NCBI GenBank assembly: GCA_036511495.1
Contig: DATCCC010000027.1
Coordinates: 58,174-122,173 of the forward strand
Length of the DNA: 64,000 bases
Direction: 5' to 3'
From: Acidimicrobiales bacterium
GTDB taxonomy: Bacteria > Actinomycetota > Acidimicrobiia > Acidimicrobiales > RAAP-2
Both the position numbers and the translations under genes were made by a program. This document shows positions 37,307-46,694 of the stretch, one piece after another; the stretch's first letter is position 1, and the number at the start of each line of letters is the position of its first letter. The notes beneath the pieces were generated by a model. That model worked only from the letters and a program-made list of their open reading frames with translations, was not told the DNA's origin and made no database searches.

Positions 37307-38689
37307 ATGGAAACGCCGTCGCTCGAGTGGACGCCCGCCACGTGGCGCGAGTACCCCGCCGCGCAGAGTCCCACGTGGCCCGACCTCGCGCATCTCCAAC
37401 GCGTCGAAGCCGAGCTCGCCAAAAAGCCGCCGCTGGTCTTTGCCGGGGAGGCTCGACGCCTTCAGGACCATCTCGCTCAGGTCGCCAACGGGAAGGCCTT
37501 TCTCCTCCAGGCCGGCGACTGCGCCGAGTCCTTTGACGAAAGTTCGGCCGACGCCATTCGCGACAAACTCAAGGTCATCTTGCAGATGGCGGTGGCCCTC
37601 ACCTACGCCTCGGGCGTACCGGTCATCAAAGTTGGGCGCATCGCGGGCCAGTTCGCCAAGCCCCGCTCCGAGGAGTTTGAAGATCGCGACGGCCAACGTT
37701 TCGAGACCTTTCGTGGCCACATCGTCAACTCTGAAGAGTTCAGTGCCGAGGCCCGTCGCCCCGACCCCGAACGACTGCTCGGCGCCTATCACCAGAGCGT
37801 CTCCACGCTCAACTTGTTGCGGGCCTTCACGACCGGTGGTTTCGCCGCCTTGTCGCGCGTGCACGCCTGGAACCAAGAGTTCGTCGCTAATTCACTAGAG
37901 GGAAAACGCTACGAAGTCATCGCCGATGAGATCGAGCGAGCGTTGCAGTTCATGAAGGCCTGTGGCATTGACCTCCACGACGACGGTGCCTTACAGGGTG
38001 TTGACTTCTACACGAGCCACGAAGCGCTCATTCTCCCCTACGAGCAGGCCCTCACGCGTCGCGACTCCCTCACGGGCGACTGGTACGACTGTTCGGCGCA
38101 CTTGCTCTGGATTGGCGACCGCACGCGCCAACTCGACGGCGCGCACGTGAACTTCCTGCGCGGCGTTTCGAATCCCCTGGGTCTCAAGGTCGGACCGAGC
38201 ATGGGCGTTAACGAACTGCGCCAACTCTGCGACGTGCTAAACCCCACGAACGCGCCCGGTCGCCTCACCTTGATTTCGCGCATGGGACACGAACGCGTCA
38301 GTGAACTCTTGCCCCCACTCATCGAGGCACTTCGTGACGACGGACGAGGCGAACTCTGGACCTGCGACCCGATGCACGGCAATACCTTCGTGGCTTCCGG
38401 CGGTCAAAAAACCCGACGCTTCGACGACGTGCTCTCGGAGACCTCGCAGTTCTTCATGGTCCACCAAGCTCTGGGCACTTGGCCCGGCGGTTTGCACGTC
38501 GAACTCACGGGGGACGACGTGACCGAGTGTCTCGGCGGGGGTTCAAGGCTGAGTGAGTCCGACCTCGATCAGAACTACACGTCGATCTGTGACCCGCGTC
38601 TCAACGCCACCCAAAGTCTGGACATGGCCTTTCACGTGGCGGAGTTCCTCCAGCGCTACTCAACACCAATCGGTGAGAGATCGTTGTAG
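37307..38689 (+). CDS. Class II DAHP synthase (3-deoxy-7-phosphoheptulonate synthase)
   Basis: LQAGDCAESF, GRIAGQFAKPRS, WIGDRTRQ, CDPMHGNT and CDPRLN. Confidence 0.95.
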   Translation: METPSLEWTPATWREYPAAQSPTWPDLAHLQRVEAELAKKPPLVFAGEARRLQDHLAQVANGKAFLLQAGDCAESFDESSADAIRDKLKVILQMAVALTYASGVPVIKVGRIAGQFAKPRSEEFEDRDGQRFETFRGHIVNSEEFSAEARRPDPERLLGAYHQSVSTLNLLRAFTTGGFAALSRVHAWNQEFVANSLEGKRYEVIADEIERALQFMKACGIDLHDDGALQGVDFYTSHEALILPYEQALTRRDSLTGDWYDCSAHLLWIGDRTRQLDGAHVNFLRGVSNPLGLKVGPSMGVNELRQLCDVLNPTNAPGRLTLISRMGHERVSELLPPLIEALRDDGRGELWTCDPMHGNTFVASGGQKTRRFDDVLSETSQFFMVHQALGTWPGGLHVELTGDDVTECLGGGSRLSESDLDQNYTSICDPRLNATQSLDMAFHVAEFLQRYSTPIGERSL

Positions 38690-39342
38690 CGAAGTAGTCG
38701 GCGATGGTCGCTGGCGAACTCGATTTCGGTCATCGAGCAGTTCTCAATTCGCGGCTGCATACGAACGCCACCACCCAAGCCCTGGTAGAGCTTCATGGCC
38801 TGTTCGATGAAACCTCCGTGCACGACCAGGACGACCAACTCTCTGGGGTGACGGGCCACCAGTCGCTCAATGGCGTCAACGCAACGTTGGAAGAATTCGA
38901 GGAGTGATTCGCCGCCGGGCACGTTGGTCTGAGAGGGATTGACGTCCCAGTTGGGCGCGACGTAGCGGCGGCCAATCTCGCTCCAGGTCAGTCCGTCAGC
39001 CTCGCCCACACCGAGTTCGCACAGCGACTCGTCCGCCGTGGGTTCTAGCGAAGGATTAATCGCGGGAAAGACGATGGCGCCGGTCTCGATGGCCCGGGGC
39101 AGCGTCGAGGTGTACAACGCGCTCGCGCTCGCCAACTCTTTCGTGATGGTGAGTCGCCTCGCCAGGGCTCGCGCCTGCGCGCGCCCAGCGTCGGTGAGTC
39201 CGCCATCCCCCAGTGGCCCTCCGGCGACGCCGTTGAGGTTGGCGTAACTTTCGCCGTGGCGAATGAGCAGCAATCGGGTCTCGGTGGGCGCTAAGCCGCG
39301 CTGGCGAAAGCCCTCGGGCGGTAGGTTTTCGTCGAAACTCAC
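38656..39342 (-). CDS. Histidine phosphatase family protein
   Basis: LIRHGES motif, S.LPRAIET, GGES and VHGG. Confidence 0.88.
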   Translation of the reverse strand: MSFDENLPPEGFRQRGLAPTETRLLLIRHGESYANLNGVAGGPLGDGGLTDAGRAQARALARRLTITKELASASALYTSTLPRAIETGAIVFPAINPSLEPTADESLCELGVGEADGLTWSEIGRRYVAPNWDVNPSQTNVPGGESLLEFFQRCVDAIERLVARHPRELVVLVVHGGFIEQAMKLYQGLGGGVRMQPRIENCSMTEIEFASDHRRLLRYNDLSPIGVE

Positions 39343-40775
39343 GCCAACTCTCCCACGAAGGCCTCAAGTTGGCGAAGGGTGCGGCACTCAATCACGCGAT
39401 TGCAGTACGGCGCGTACTGACTGATGATCGAGTCACCACTATTCCAGTAACTCGTGGGCTCGGGGTTCAGCCAGTAGACCGCCTTCGCGCGGTAGTGCAG
39501 ATCGGCCAGGATTTCGGCGTGAGCCTGGTGGTAGTTGTTGCGCGCGTCACCCAGAATCAACACGGTCGAGCGCTTGGTCAAGTCCCTCGCGAAGCGGTCG
39601 TGAAAAGTGACGAGGGCGCGTCCGTAGTCCGAATGTCCGTCAAAAGCGATGACGTCGGCCTCGGCGTTGATGCGCGCGACGGCCTCGGCCGGGTCTTCGA
39701 CACCGTCAAAGAGTCGCGTCACTTCATCGAGGCCATCGACGAAGACGAAGCTGCGCACCTTGGAGAACTGCGAACTTATCGCGTGCACGAGGTGCAGCGT
39801 GAATCGAGCGAACGAGGCCACTGATCCAGACACGTCCGCGATCACGAAGATCTCGGGCTTCGCGGGGCGCGGTGGCTTAAAGCGAAGATCGATCGGCACG
39901 CCACCGGTGGAGAGACTGCGACGAACGGTGTGACGAAGATCGACCGGTCCGCGACGACGCCGGCGGCGCTTGCGCGCCAAGCGGACCGCGAGTTTGCGAC
40001 TGAGCGGGCGCAGCGCCCTCTCGAGTTGAGCCATCTCTTCGCGGTTGGCGTGCATCACGTCGAGGTCTTCGGGCAGCGGTTTGCGAACGGACTTCGCGAG
40101 AGCCGCGGATCCGCGGTCCTCGACGAGTCGTTCTCTAATTTCGCGTTCGATCTCAGCCTTGAGTTGTTCAATGCGCGACGTGACGTCGTCGTGGGCCAGG
40201 CGCTCGCTCAGTACGTCGTCACCGTCACTCAACGCGCCGTCGAGCAGTCGTTGTTGGAGTGCCTCAAGATCGAGGCTGCGCAGTGTTCGATAGAGGTAGT
40301 AGGTGCCGCCGACTGGTCGACCAGGTTCCATCCCGGCGTAGCGGGTGACGGCCTCGCTCGCGCCAAAGCGCATGCTGTTGCGGTCCCCGTCGCGAAGCGC
40401 TCGAAAGAGCAGTTCCGAGAGTTCTTGGGCGCTCATCGACGAGCCGCCGCCGCCGCCTTGGCCTCGGGCCTGTCCCGGACCGGCCGCGCCCTCAGCTCCT
40501 TCGCTCTCGCTCGCTCCGTCGTCGGACTCTCCAGCGAGTAGCGCCTCGGCGCTATCCCGAGAGCGAATCGCGAAGAAGACGTCAAAGGCCGTGTTAAAGA
40601 CCGGCAGGTGATCGCTGTCCTTCACGAGCGTCGCGGCCAAGGTCGCTCGCACGAGGGAACGATTTCCCAGGTTGATGACGTCAACGGCGCGCGCCGCGTC
40701 GACGTGTTCGCTCATCGAGACGGGGATGCCGGCCGATCGCAGTTCGCCAATGAAGTCACCGAGGAGTTTAAGCAA
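39339..40775 (-). CDS. VWA-domain CoxE-like protein
   Basis: DVSGS MIDAS-like motif; ILGDARNNY; YWLNPEP..W..GDS. Confidence 0.85.
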   Translation of the reverse strand: MLKLLGDFIGELRSAGIPVSMSEHVDAARAVDVINLGNRSLVRATLAATLVKDSDHLPVFNTAFDVFFAIRSRDSAEALLAGESDDGASESEGAEGAAGPGQARGQGGGGGSSMSAQELSELLFRALRDGDRNSMRFGASEAVTRYAGMEPGRPVGGTYYLYRTLRSLDLEALQQRLLDGALSDGDDVLSERLAHDDVTSRIEQLKAEIEREIRERLVEDRGSAALAKSVRKPLPEDLDVMHANREEMAQLERALRPLSRKLAVRLARKRRRRRRGPVDLRHTVRRSLSTGGVPIDLRFKPPRPAKPEIFVIADVSGSVASFARFTLHLVHAISSQFSKVRSFVFVDGLDEVTRLFDGVEDPAEAVARINAEADVIAFDGHSDYGRALVTFHDRFARDLTKRSTVLILGDARNNYHQAHAEILADLHYRAKAVYWLNPEPTSYWNSGDSIISQYAPYCNRVIECRTLRQLEAFVGELA

Positions 40776-41715
40776 CGGGCCTCGAACGGCCGAGCATCTC
40801 CTTGGAGGCTCGATCGATGTCGGACTGGTACTTCAACAAGATGTGCAACGTCGCGGCGACGTCCTCGTCGCCGATCTCATTTCGACCGAGCACCACGAGG
40901 GTGCGAGCCCAGTCCAGCGTCTCAGAGACCGAGGGCGCTTTTTTGAGATCGATCGTGCGCAGCGATCGAACGACTTGGGCGATCTGCTCAGCCAGGGCAC
41001 TCGATATGCCCGGCACGCGCGAAAGGATGATGTCGCGCTCACGTTGCACGGTCGGATAGCCCACGTAGAGATAGAGGCAGCGACGCTTCAGCGCTTCGGA
41101 GAGTTCTCGCGTGTTGTTCGAGGTCAGAAAGACCATCGGGATCTGTTTGGCGCGAATAGTGCCGAGCTCGGGAATTGAAACTTGGTACTCCGAAAGAATT
41201 TCGAGCATCAACGCTTCGGTCTCGAGCTCCACTCGGTCGACTTCGTCGATGAGCAGTACAACGGGGTCGGTCGCGGAGATGGCTTCAAGCAGAGGTCGCG
41301 TGAGCATGAACTCCTCAGCGAAGATGTCCTCTTCGAGATGGTGCCACTCTTCGCTCCCCGCTCCCTCTGGTCGTCCGGCCTGAATGCGCAAGAGTTGTTT
41401 GCGGTAGTTCCACTCGTAGAGCGCCTTGGACTCGTCGAGTCCCTCGTAACACTGAAGGCGAATGAGCCGAGCACCAATGGAGTCGGCGACGGCCTTGGCG
41501 AGGGCGGTCTTGCCCGTGCCGGCCGGTCCTTCGATCAGGACGGGCTTGGCGAGGCGGTCCGCGAGGTAGGTGACCGACGCAATCGACTCATCACTCAGGT
41601 AGTCGTTCTCCGCGAGGAGTTTCTGTACCTCCTCGGGTGATTCAAAGCGCACCGGTGGCACGCTCGTCAGTCCGAGTCGCTGGGCGAGCTCTTCTCTCGG
41701 ATCTAGTGCACTCAT
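40768..41715 (-). CDS. MoxR-family AAA+ ATPase (CoxD-like)
   Basis: GPAGTGKT; RLQCYEGLDESKALYEWNY; LLIDEVDR; ELSEALKRRC. Start ATG 41715 overlaps the proA TGA (ATGA). Confidence 0.9.
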   Translation of the reverse strand: MSALDPREELAQRLGLTSVPPVRFESPEEVQKLLAENDYLSDESIASVTYLADRLAKPVLIEGPAGTGKTALAKAVADSIGARLIRLQCYEGLDESKALYEWNYRKQLLRIQAGRPEGAGSEEWHHLEEDIFAEEFMLTRPLLEAISATDPVVLLIDEVDRVELETEALMLEILSEYQVSIPELGTIRAKQIPMVFLTSNNTRELSEALKRRCLYLYVGYPTVQRERDIILSRVPGISSALAEQIAQVVRSLRTIDLKKAPSVSETLDWARTLVVLGRNEIGDEDVAATLHILLKYQSDIDRASKEMLGRSRPVA

Positions 41716-42947
41716 CGAACCTGTCCCTCTCCTCGTACTACCCATTTCAAGCAAGTCAATTCTCGAAGTCCCATGGGACCCCGGGCGTGCAACTTCTGTG
41801 TTGAAATGCCAACTTCTCCACCTAATCCCAACTCGCCCCCGTCGATGAAGCGCGTCGACGTGTTCACCAACACGGCGGCGGCGTCGACGCGACGTATCCA
41901 CGCCTCGGCGTGCTCCGCGTTCTCGGTGAGAATGGCTTCACTGTGGCCCGTGCCAAAGCGTGCGACGTGCTCGATGGCCTCATCCAGTGACGCCACAACC
42001 TTGACGGCGAGAATCAAATCGAGAAACTCCGTGGCGTAGTCGACGTCGCTCGCGAGGGTCGCTCCAGGCAGGATCGACGCGCCGGCGGCGTCGACGCGAA
42101 GTTCCACCTCGGGCATGGCCAGCGCGAGCGCTGGCAAGAACGAAGCCGCGACGGACTCGTGCACGAGTACCGTCTCGACGGCGTTACAGACGCCGGGGCG
42201 AGAGGTCTTGGCGTTCTTGACGATGGCTAGGGCCGCCTCGAGGTTGGCCGAGTCGTCAACGTAGACGTGACAGTTCCCGTCACCGTCGAGGACGTAGGGG
42301 ACGCGCGCGTACTCGCGCATGGCCCTGATCAGACTGGGGCCACCGCGGGGAATGAGACAGTCGAGCACCTCGGTGAGCTGCATAAACGCAGCCACGGTTT
42401 CGTGCGAAGGGTCTTGGACGAGCTCGACGCCCGCCGCGGGCAGTCCCTCTTCTTCGAGCGCCCTTTGCCAGAGTTCGACAATGAAGGCGTTGGTCCTCAT
42501 CGCCGTGGACGATCCACGAAGAAAGGCGGCGTTGCCACTTCGTACGCACAGTCCCGCTACGTCACTCGTGACGTTCGGGCGATTTTCATAGACGACGCCA
42601 ATCACGCCCAGCGGCACTCGCAGGCGCTCGATTTGAAGGCCGTTGGGGCGAATGCTTCGATTCAGCACTTCAAAGAGGGGGTCGGGCGCGTCAGCGATCT
42701 CTCGCAGCGCGTTCGCCATTGCGAGCACGCGCTCTTTGGTAAGTGTGAGGCGGTCGCGACCCGATCCCGACTCGTCGTAGTCCGCAAGATCGAGTGCGTT
42801 CACGGTGACGAGGTCCTCTAAGACTTCTTCGAGGCGGTCGGCCACGCGCAGGAGCACCCCTCGACGTTGGCCGTCGCTCGCCTGGCCCAAAGCGACGGCC
42901 GCCTGCTTCACCGCGGCGCCCTGGGCCGCTAACTCACGCGTCGTCAT
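41712..42947 (-). CDS. proA: Gamma-glutamyl phosphate reductase
   Basis: VPLGVIGVVYENRPNVT; CNAVET; GISTQKLHARGPMGL. Start set at ATG 42947. Confidence 0.95.
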   Translation of the reverse strand: MTTRELAAQGAAVKQAAVALGQASDGQRRGVLLRVADRLEEVLEDLVTVNALDLADYDESGSGRDRLTLTKERVLAMANALREIADAPDPLFEVLNRSIRPNGLQIERLRVPLGVIGVVYENRPNVTSDVAGLCVRSGNAAFLRGSSTAMRTNAFIVELWQRALEEEGLPAAGVELVQDPSHETVAAFMQLTEVLDCLIPRGGPSLIRAMREYARVPYVLDGDGNCHVYVDDSANLEAALAIVKNAKTSRPGVCNAVETVLVHESVAASFLPALALAMPEVELRVDAAGASILPGATLASDVDYATEFLDLILAVKVVASLDEAIEHVARFGTGHSEAILTENAEHAEAWIRRVDAAAVLVNTSTRFIDGGELGLGGEVGISTQKLHARGPMGLRELTCLKWVVRGEGQVR

Positions 42948-42969
42948 AGTCCAATCGTAATAGGCGTCG

Positions 42970-44043
42970 TTACGCTCTTCGTAAGAGAACGAGGTCGTCG
43001 CGGTGTACAACGACGTCGTCGCCCTCGGCGAAGGATTCCGCCGATACGCGCACCAGCCCCTTAGCGAGCGTTTCGCCGTTGGGACCCTTCACGTCAACGG
43101 CGTCACCCTCGACGAAAGTGCCGCTAAAGGATTCAACGCCGACGCGCAATAAACTGCGGCCCTTTTCTTCGAGAGCGAGTACGGCGCCAGCGTTAATGGT
43201 GATTGAGCCGTGGCTGGCGACCGCGAAGGCAATCCAGGACTTCCTCGCCGACAGGCGTCCGGGGCGGGGATGAAAGGTCGTACCAAAACTGGTATTGCCC
43301 TCGAGGGACTGTCGCAACGCGTGGCGGACCCGTGCGGGCGCGATGACCGTCGTGACGCCTGACCAGGTGGCCATGTGCGCCGCGGCCAACTTCGACGCCA
43401 TTCCCCCGCTGCCGACCTTCGAGTGACTCGATCCAGCCGCTGCCAGAAGGTCGGCGTCAAAGGCTGTGACCTCCTCAATGAGCGTTGCTGACGCGTCCAG
43501 ACGGGGGTCGGCGGTCAAGAGTCCGTCGGTATCGGTCAAGAGCACGAGGTGTGAAGCGCCCACGAGATTCGCGACCAGCGCCGCGAGGCGGTCGTTGTCA
43601 CCAAAACGAATCTCTTCATCGGCCACGGCGTCGTTCTCGTTTACGATCGCGATGACGTTCAGTCCCGCGAGGGCCTCGAGGGTTCCCCTCGCGTGCAAGT
43701 ACTGGCCGCGATGGGAGAAGTCCAGGGGCGCGAGGAGCACCTGGCCAACAGCCGCGCCGAGTTCGCCAAAGGCGTTGCGCCACGCGTGCATCAGCAATGG
43801 CTGACCTACGGCCGACACCGCCTGAAGGGTGACGGCGTCGCGCGGACGAGGTTTGGACTTGCCAACTTCGGCCCAACCGGCCGTAATGGCGCCCGAGGTC
43901 ACGACGACGACTGACCAGCCTTCGTCGCGCAGCGCAACAACGTCAGCGGCGACGCCGACTAACACGTCGTAGGCGACGTTGCCGACTTCGTCGGTCACCG
44001 AGGTGGTGCCGATTTTGACGACCACGCTACGCTTCGTCATCAC
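42970..44043 (-). CDS. proB: Glutamate 5-kinase
   Basis: VVKIGTTS; NENDAV..EIRFGDNDRLAA; GSGGMASK; C-terminal PUA domain. Confidence 0.95.
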   Translation of the reverse strand: MMTKRSVVVKIGTTSVTDEVGNVAYDVLVGVAADVVALRDEGWSVVVVTSGAITAGWAEVGKSKPRPRDAVTLQAVSAVGQPLLMHAWRNAFGELGAAVGQVLLAPLDFSHRGQYLHARGTLEALAGLNVIAIVNENDAVADEEIRFGDNDRLAALVANLVGASHLVLLTDTDGLLTADPRLDASATLIEEVTAFDADLLAAAGSSHSKVGSGGMASKLAAAHMATWSGVTTVIAPARVRHALRQSLEGNTSFGTTFHPRPGRLSARKSWIAFAVASHGSITINAGAVLALEEKGRSLLRVGVESFSGTFVEGDAVDVKGPNGETLAKGLVRVSAESFAEGDDVVVHRDDLVLLRRA

Positions 44044-45394
44044 TCTCCCCTAAGTCGAGGCGTCCGTGTCGCGCGAGGCGCTCGCGCCGGGTGGCGCGGT
44101 GGTGGTCACCGCGATCAAGCCCCGTTCCCACTTCGTCGCGCCACCACTCAAAGGAGAGCGTGCCGATCGTCACGACGTCACCGTCGTGCACGCCCGCGCG
44201 CGTCAAGAGCCGGTCAACGCCAAGTTCCTTTAGGCGATGGATAATTTCCGCCAGCGCTTGATCATCGGTGAGATCTTGAAAGCGCACCGCCCGCCTCGCC
44301 GCACGACCTTCGACGATCCATCCGTTTTGTCCGACGCGCTCTACCGTGATCTCCTCAGGAGTGGGTCGGTGCACCACGATCTCGTGTTCGAGCGCCTCGA
44401 CTTCGTCGTGACGAGCTTGGGTGACGAGTCCGGCGAGTTGACCCACGAGAACGTCGAGTCCCTCACCGGTCACGGCCGAGATGCTCTGGACGCCGTCGAG
44501 TTCATAGGCCGCGACGTCGCCCTTGGATCCCACGACGACGCGCGGACGTTCTAGTAAGTCGGCCTGGTAGTCACCGAGTTCACCCAGCAGAATCGCCAGC
44601 TGCGCTTCCGGTGGACTCGGGGCCATCTCCGAGAGGTCGAGCAGTACACAAAGCACGCGGGCGCGTTCGACGTGTCGTAGAAAGTCGTGACCGAGTCCGC
44701 GGCCTTCGGCCGCGCCCTCAATGAGACCCGGGATGTCCGCCATCACGAATTCGGTGGCGTCGCTCGGTTTAGCCGAGCGAGCGCCCACGCGCACGACGCC
44801 GAGATTGGGTACCAGGGTCGTAAAGGGATAGTCGGCAATCTTCGGGCGCGCCGCGGAGACGCGCGAAATCAACGTTGACTTGCCGACGTTCGGAAATCCA
44901 ATGAGGGCCACGTCGGCTTGGAGTTTCAACTCAAGGTTGTACCAACGCTCCTCTCCGATTTCGCCTTGCTCGGCGAACGCCGGGGCGCGACGCTGATTGG
45001 AGAGAAAACGCGCGTTGCCCTGTCCACCGAGGCCACCCTCTGCCGCGAGCCAGCGATCGCCGGGGCCCTTTAGGTCAATGAGCAGTTCGCCCTCGGCCGT
45101 GTAGACCATGGTGCCCACCGGCACCGAGACGACGATCTGCTTGCCCCGAGAGCCGTGTTGGCGCTTGGACGTGCCGTGTTGGCCGTCGGTGCCACGGCGA
45201 AAGGGGTGGTCGCGAAAGCCGAGAAGGGAGGCTTGATTGTGGTCGGCTTCGAGCCAGACGTCCCCGCCGCGCCCGCCGTCGCCGCCGTCGGGTCCCCCCT
45301 TGGCGACGTGGGCCTCACGGCGAAAACTCACGCAACCGGCCCCGCCGTTACCTGCTTTGGCGTGCAATTGCGCACTATCGACGAAGGAAGACAC
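44027..45394 (-). CDS. obgE: GTPase ObgE/CgtA
   Basis: GGPDGGDGGRGG; GFPNVGKS; ADYPFTTL; DIPGLIEGA. Confidence 0.96.
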   Translation of the reverse strand: MSSFVDSAQLHAKAGNGGAGCVSFRREAHVAKGGPDGGDGGRGGDVWLEADHNQASLLGFRDHPFRRGTDGQHGTSKRQHGSRGKQIVVSVPVGTMVYTAEGELLIDLKGPGDRWLAAEGGLGGQGNARFLSNQRRAPAFAEQGEIGEERWYNLELKLQADVALIGFPNVGKSTLISRVSAARPKIADYPFTTLVPNLGVVRVGARSAKPSDATEFVMADIPGLIEGAAEGRGLGHDFLRHVERARVLCVLLDLSEMAPSPPEAQLAILLGELGDYQADLLERPRVVVGSKGDVAAYELDGVQSISAVTGEGLDVLVGQLAGLVTQARHDEVEALEHEIVVHRPTPEEITVERVGQNGWIVEGRAARRAVRFQDLTDDQALAEIIHRLKELGVDRLLTRAGVHDGDVVTIGTLSFEWWRDEVGTGLDRGDHHRATRRERLARHGRLDLGESDDEA

Positions 45395-45522
45395 CCCTCT
45401 ATCCTACGGGCCGCCCTTAGGAGACCCTCGAGCGAAGACGTTCGAAGGGCGTGGCGTCAAAGTCGAGTTGATGGCGCCACGGCATCAGAAGTTTTTCCTC
45501 GACATTTCGAAGCGATGAGGTG

Positions 45523-45753
45523 AAAAGTGTCAGCACGAAACCGCGCGCACGGCTGTAGAGGTGGAGGAACCCCGCAAGGGGTTGGTCAGCGCTTTTCGCT
45601 AAGCCGCCAGTGTTCTTCGGTGCGGGCACGCGACACGGTCACTCGAGTGCACCAAGTTGAGCGAGGGACCGCGCCACGTGATTGGTCTCGATGGTGCGCC
45701 ACACGCCCGTACGTACCGCGGTCGCTTTGTGCCCCCTCTACGAGCGCGTCGTC
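45523..45753 (-). ncRNA. Candidate structured non-coding RNA (family unassigned)
   Basis: No credible ORF. TAGGCT -10 at 45759-45764; nested helices by eye include GUAGAGG/CCUCUAC and a 14-bp helix with five G-U pairs that works only on the minus strand. Confidence 0.55.
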
Positions 45754-46090
45754 GATTGAGCCTATGGGCATCGCCCCATCGCCACGAAACGCTGCCAAAG
45801 CCGACATCCACTCGCGACTCGCTCCCTTGGTGGAACGCCCTTGAGCCGCGAAAACCCTTGATTCGCCACGATCGAGATACGCCGACGGGCCCTCGGTGGG
45901 CGCGATATATGACATTCCTGGGGATAAGGGCCGCTAAAAACCAGTACGAACAGGGATTATGAAAATTCATTACTGTAATAAGAGCCAATTCTTAGAACGA
46001 TATCCCCATTTTTCCCTATTTTTACGGTAAAAATGACGGTGGTTGCTGGGAACGCCCAGTTCCATTTCAATGAGCGTAAGGAGTCGACCG

Positions 46091-46369
46091 GTGAACAAGG
46101 CCGAGTTGGTAGAAGCAATTGTCGCCGAAAGTGGCGCCACCAAGAACACGGTAGCGGAGGTTCTTAAGGCCTTTGAGGACGTCGTCGTTAGCAACGTTTC
46201 CAAGGGTGAGAAGATCGTGCTGTCAGGTTTCTTGTCGTTCGAGCGTGTAGAGCGTAAGGCCCGCACCGCCCGCAACCCACAGACCGGAGAAGCAATTCAG
46301 GTCAAGGCCTCCAGGGCCCCCAAGGTGTCCATTGGCTCGACCTTTAAAAAGGCCGTTAAGGGCGCGTAG
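46091..46369 (+). CDS. hup: HU family DNA-binding protein
   Basis: (M)NKAELVEAIV...GFLSFERVERKARTARNPQTGE; GTG at 46091 preceded by AAGGAG. Confidence 0.95.
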   Translation: MNKAELVEAIVAESGATKNTVAEVLKAFEDVVVSNVSKGEKIVLSGFLSFERVERKARTARNPQTGEAIQVKASRAPKVSIGSTFKKAVKGA

Positions 46370-46374
46370 TTCTC

Positions 46375-46422
46375 GTTAGTAACAGAGAACCCCCCGGGAA
46401 ATCCCGGGGGGTTCTCTGTTTT
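46375..46422. terminator. Intrinsic terminator between convergent hup and rpmA (probably bidirectional)
   Basis: Perfect inverted repeat AACAGAGAACCCCCCGGGA-AA-TCCCGGGGGGTTCTCTGTT followed by TT. Confidence 0.9.
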
Positions 46423-46433
46423 AGGAGGAAAAC

Positions 46434-46685
46434 TCAGTTGGCGAGAACGTCAACTAGTTTCCGGCCGCCACGGAAACCGAATTTCACAGTTCCCTCAGCG
46501 AGTGCAAACAGCGTGTCGTCCTTGCCAATGCCGACGTTGCGGCCGGGATGGAACTGGGTACCACGCTGACGAACAATAATGCTGCCGGACTTTACGGCAG
46601 TGCCATCGAAGGTCTTGACGCCTAAACGCTGAGCGTTGGAGTCGCGACCGTTACGAGTAGAGCCGCCGCCTTTGGTCTTGGACAT
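46434..46685 (-). CDS. rpmA: 50S ribosomal protein L27
   Basis: [17 protein letters not shown]; IIVRQRGT. Confidence 0.97.
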   Translation of the reverse strand: MSKTKGGGSTRNGRDSNAQRLGVKTFDGTAVKSGSIIVRQRGTQFHPGRNVGIGKDDTLFALAEGTVKFGFRGGRKLVDVLAN

Positions 46686-46694
46686 CGAATCTCC

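Noticed and set aside
38656-38689. 34-bp 3' overlap of convergent DAHP synthase and phosphatase genes (plus 4-bp overlaps at 6955-6958 and 36098-36101)
   Set aside because: Short convergent overlaps are common in compact GC-rich genomes; no evidence of a regulatory role.
45560-45736. tmRNA interpretation of the ncRNA candidate (GGGGG...CCUCC-ACC with a G3-U pair and a frame ending ...TLAA*)
   Set aside because: Only ~180 nt, no TPsiC loop (GGUUCGA), no CCA and no resume-codon context. Treated as coincidence unless a covariance model says otherwise.
45586-45988. Overlapping 101-129 aa ORFs in the obgE-hup gap
   Set aside because: No recognisable motifs, they conflict with each other, and they overlap the predicted RNA fold.
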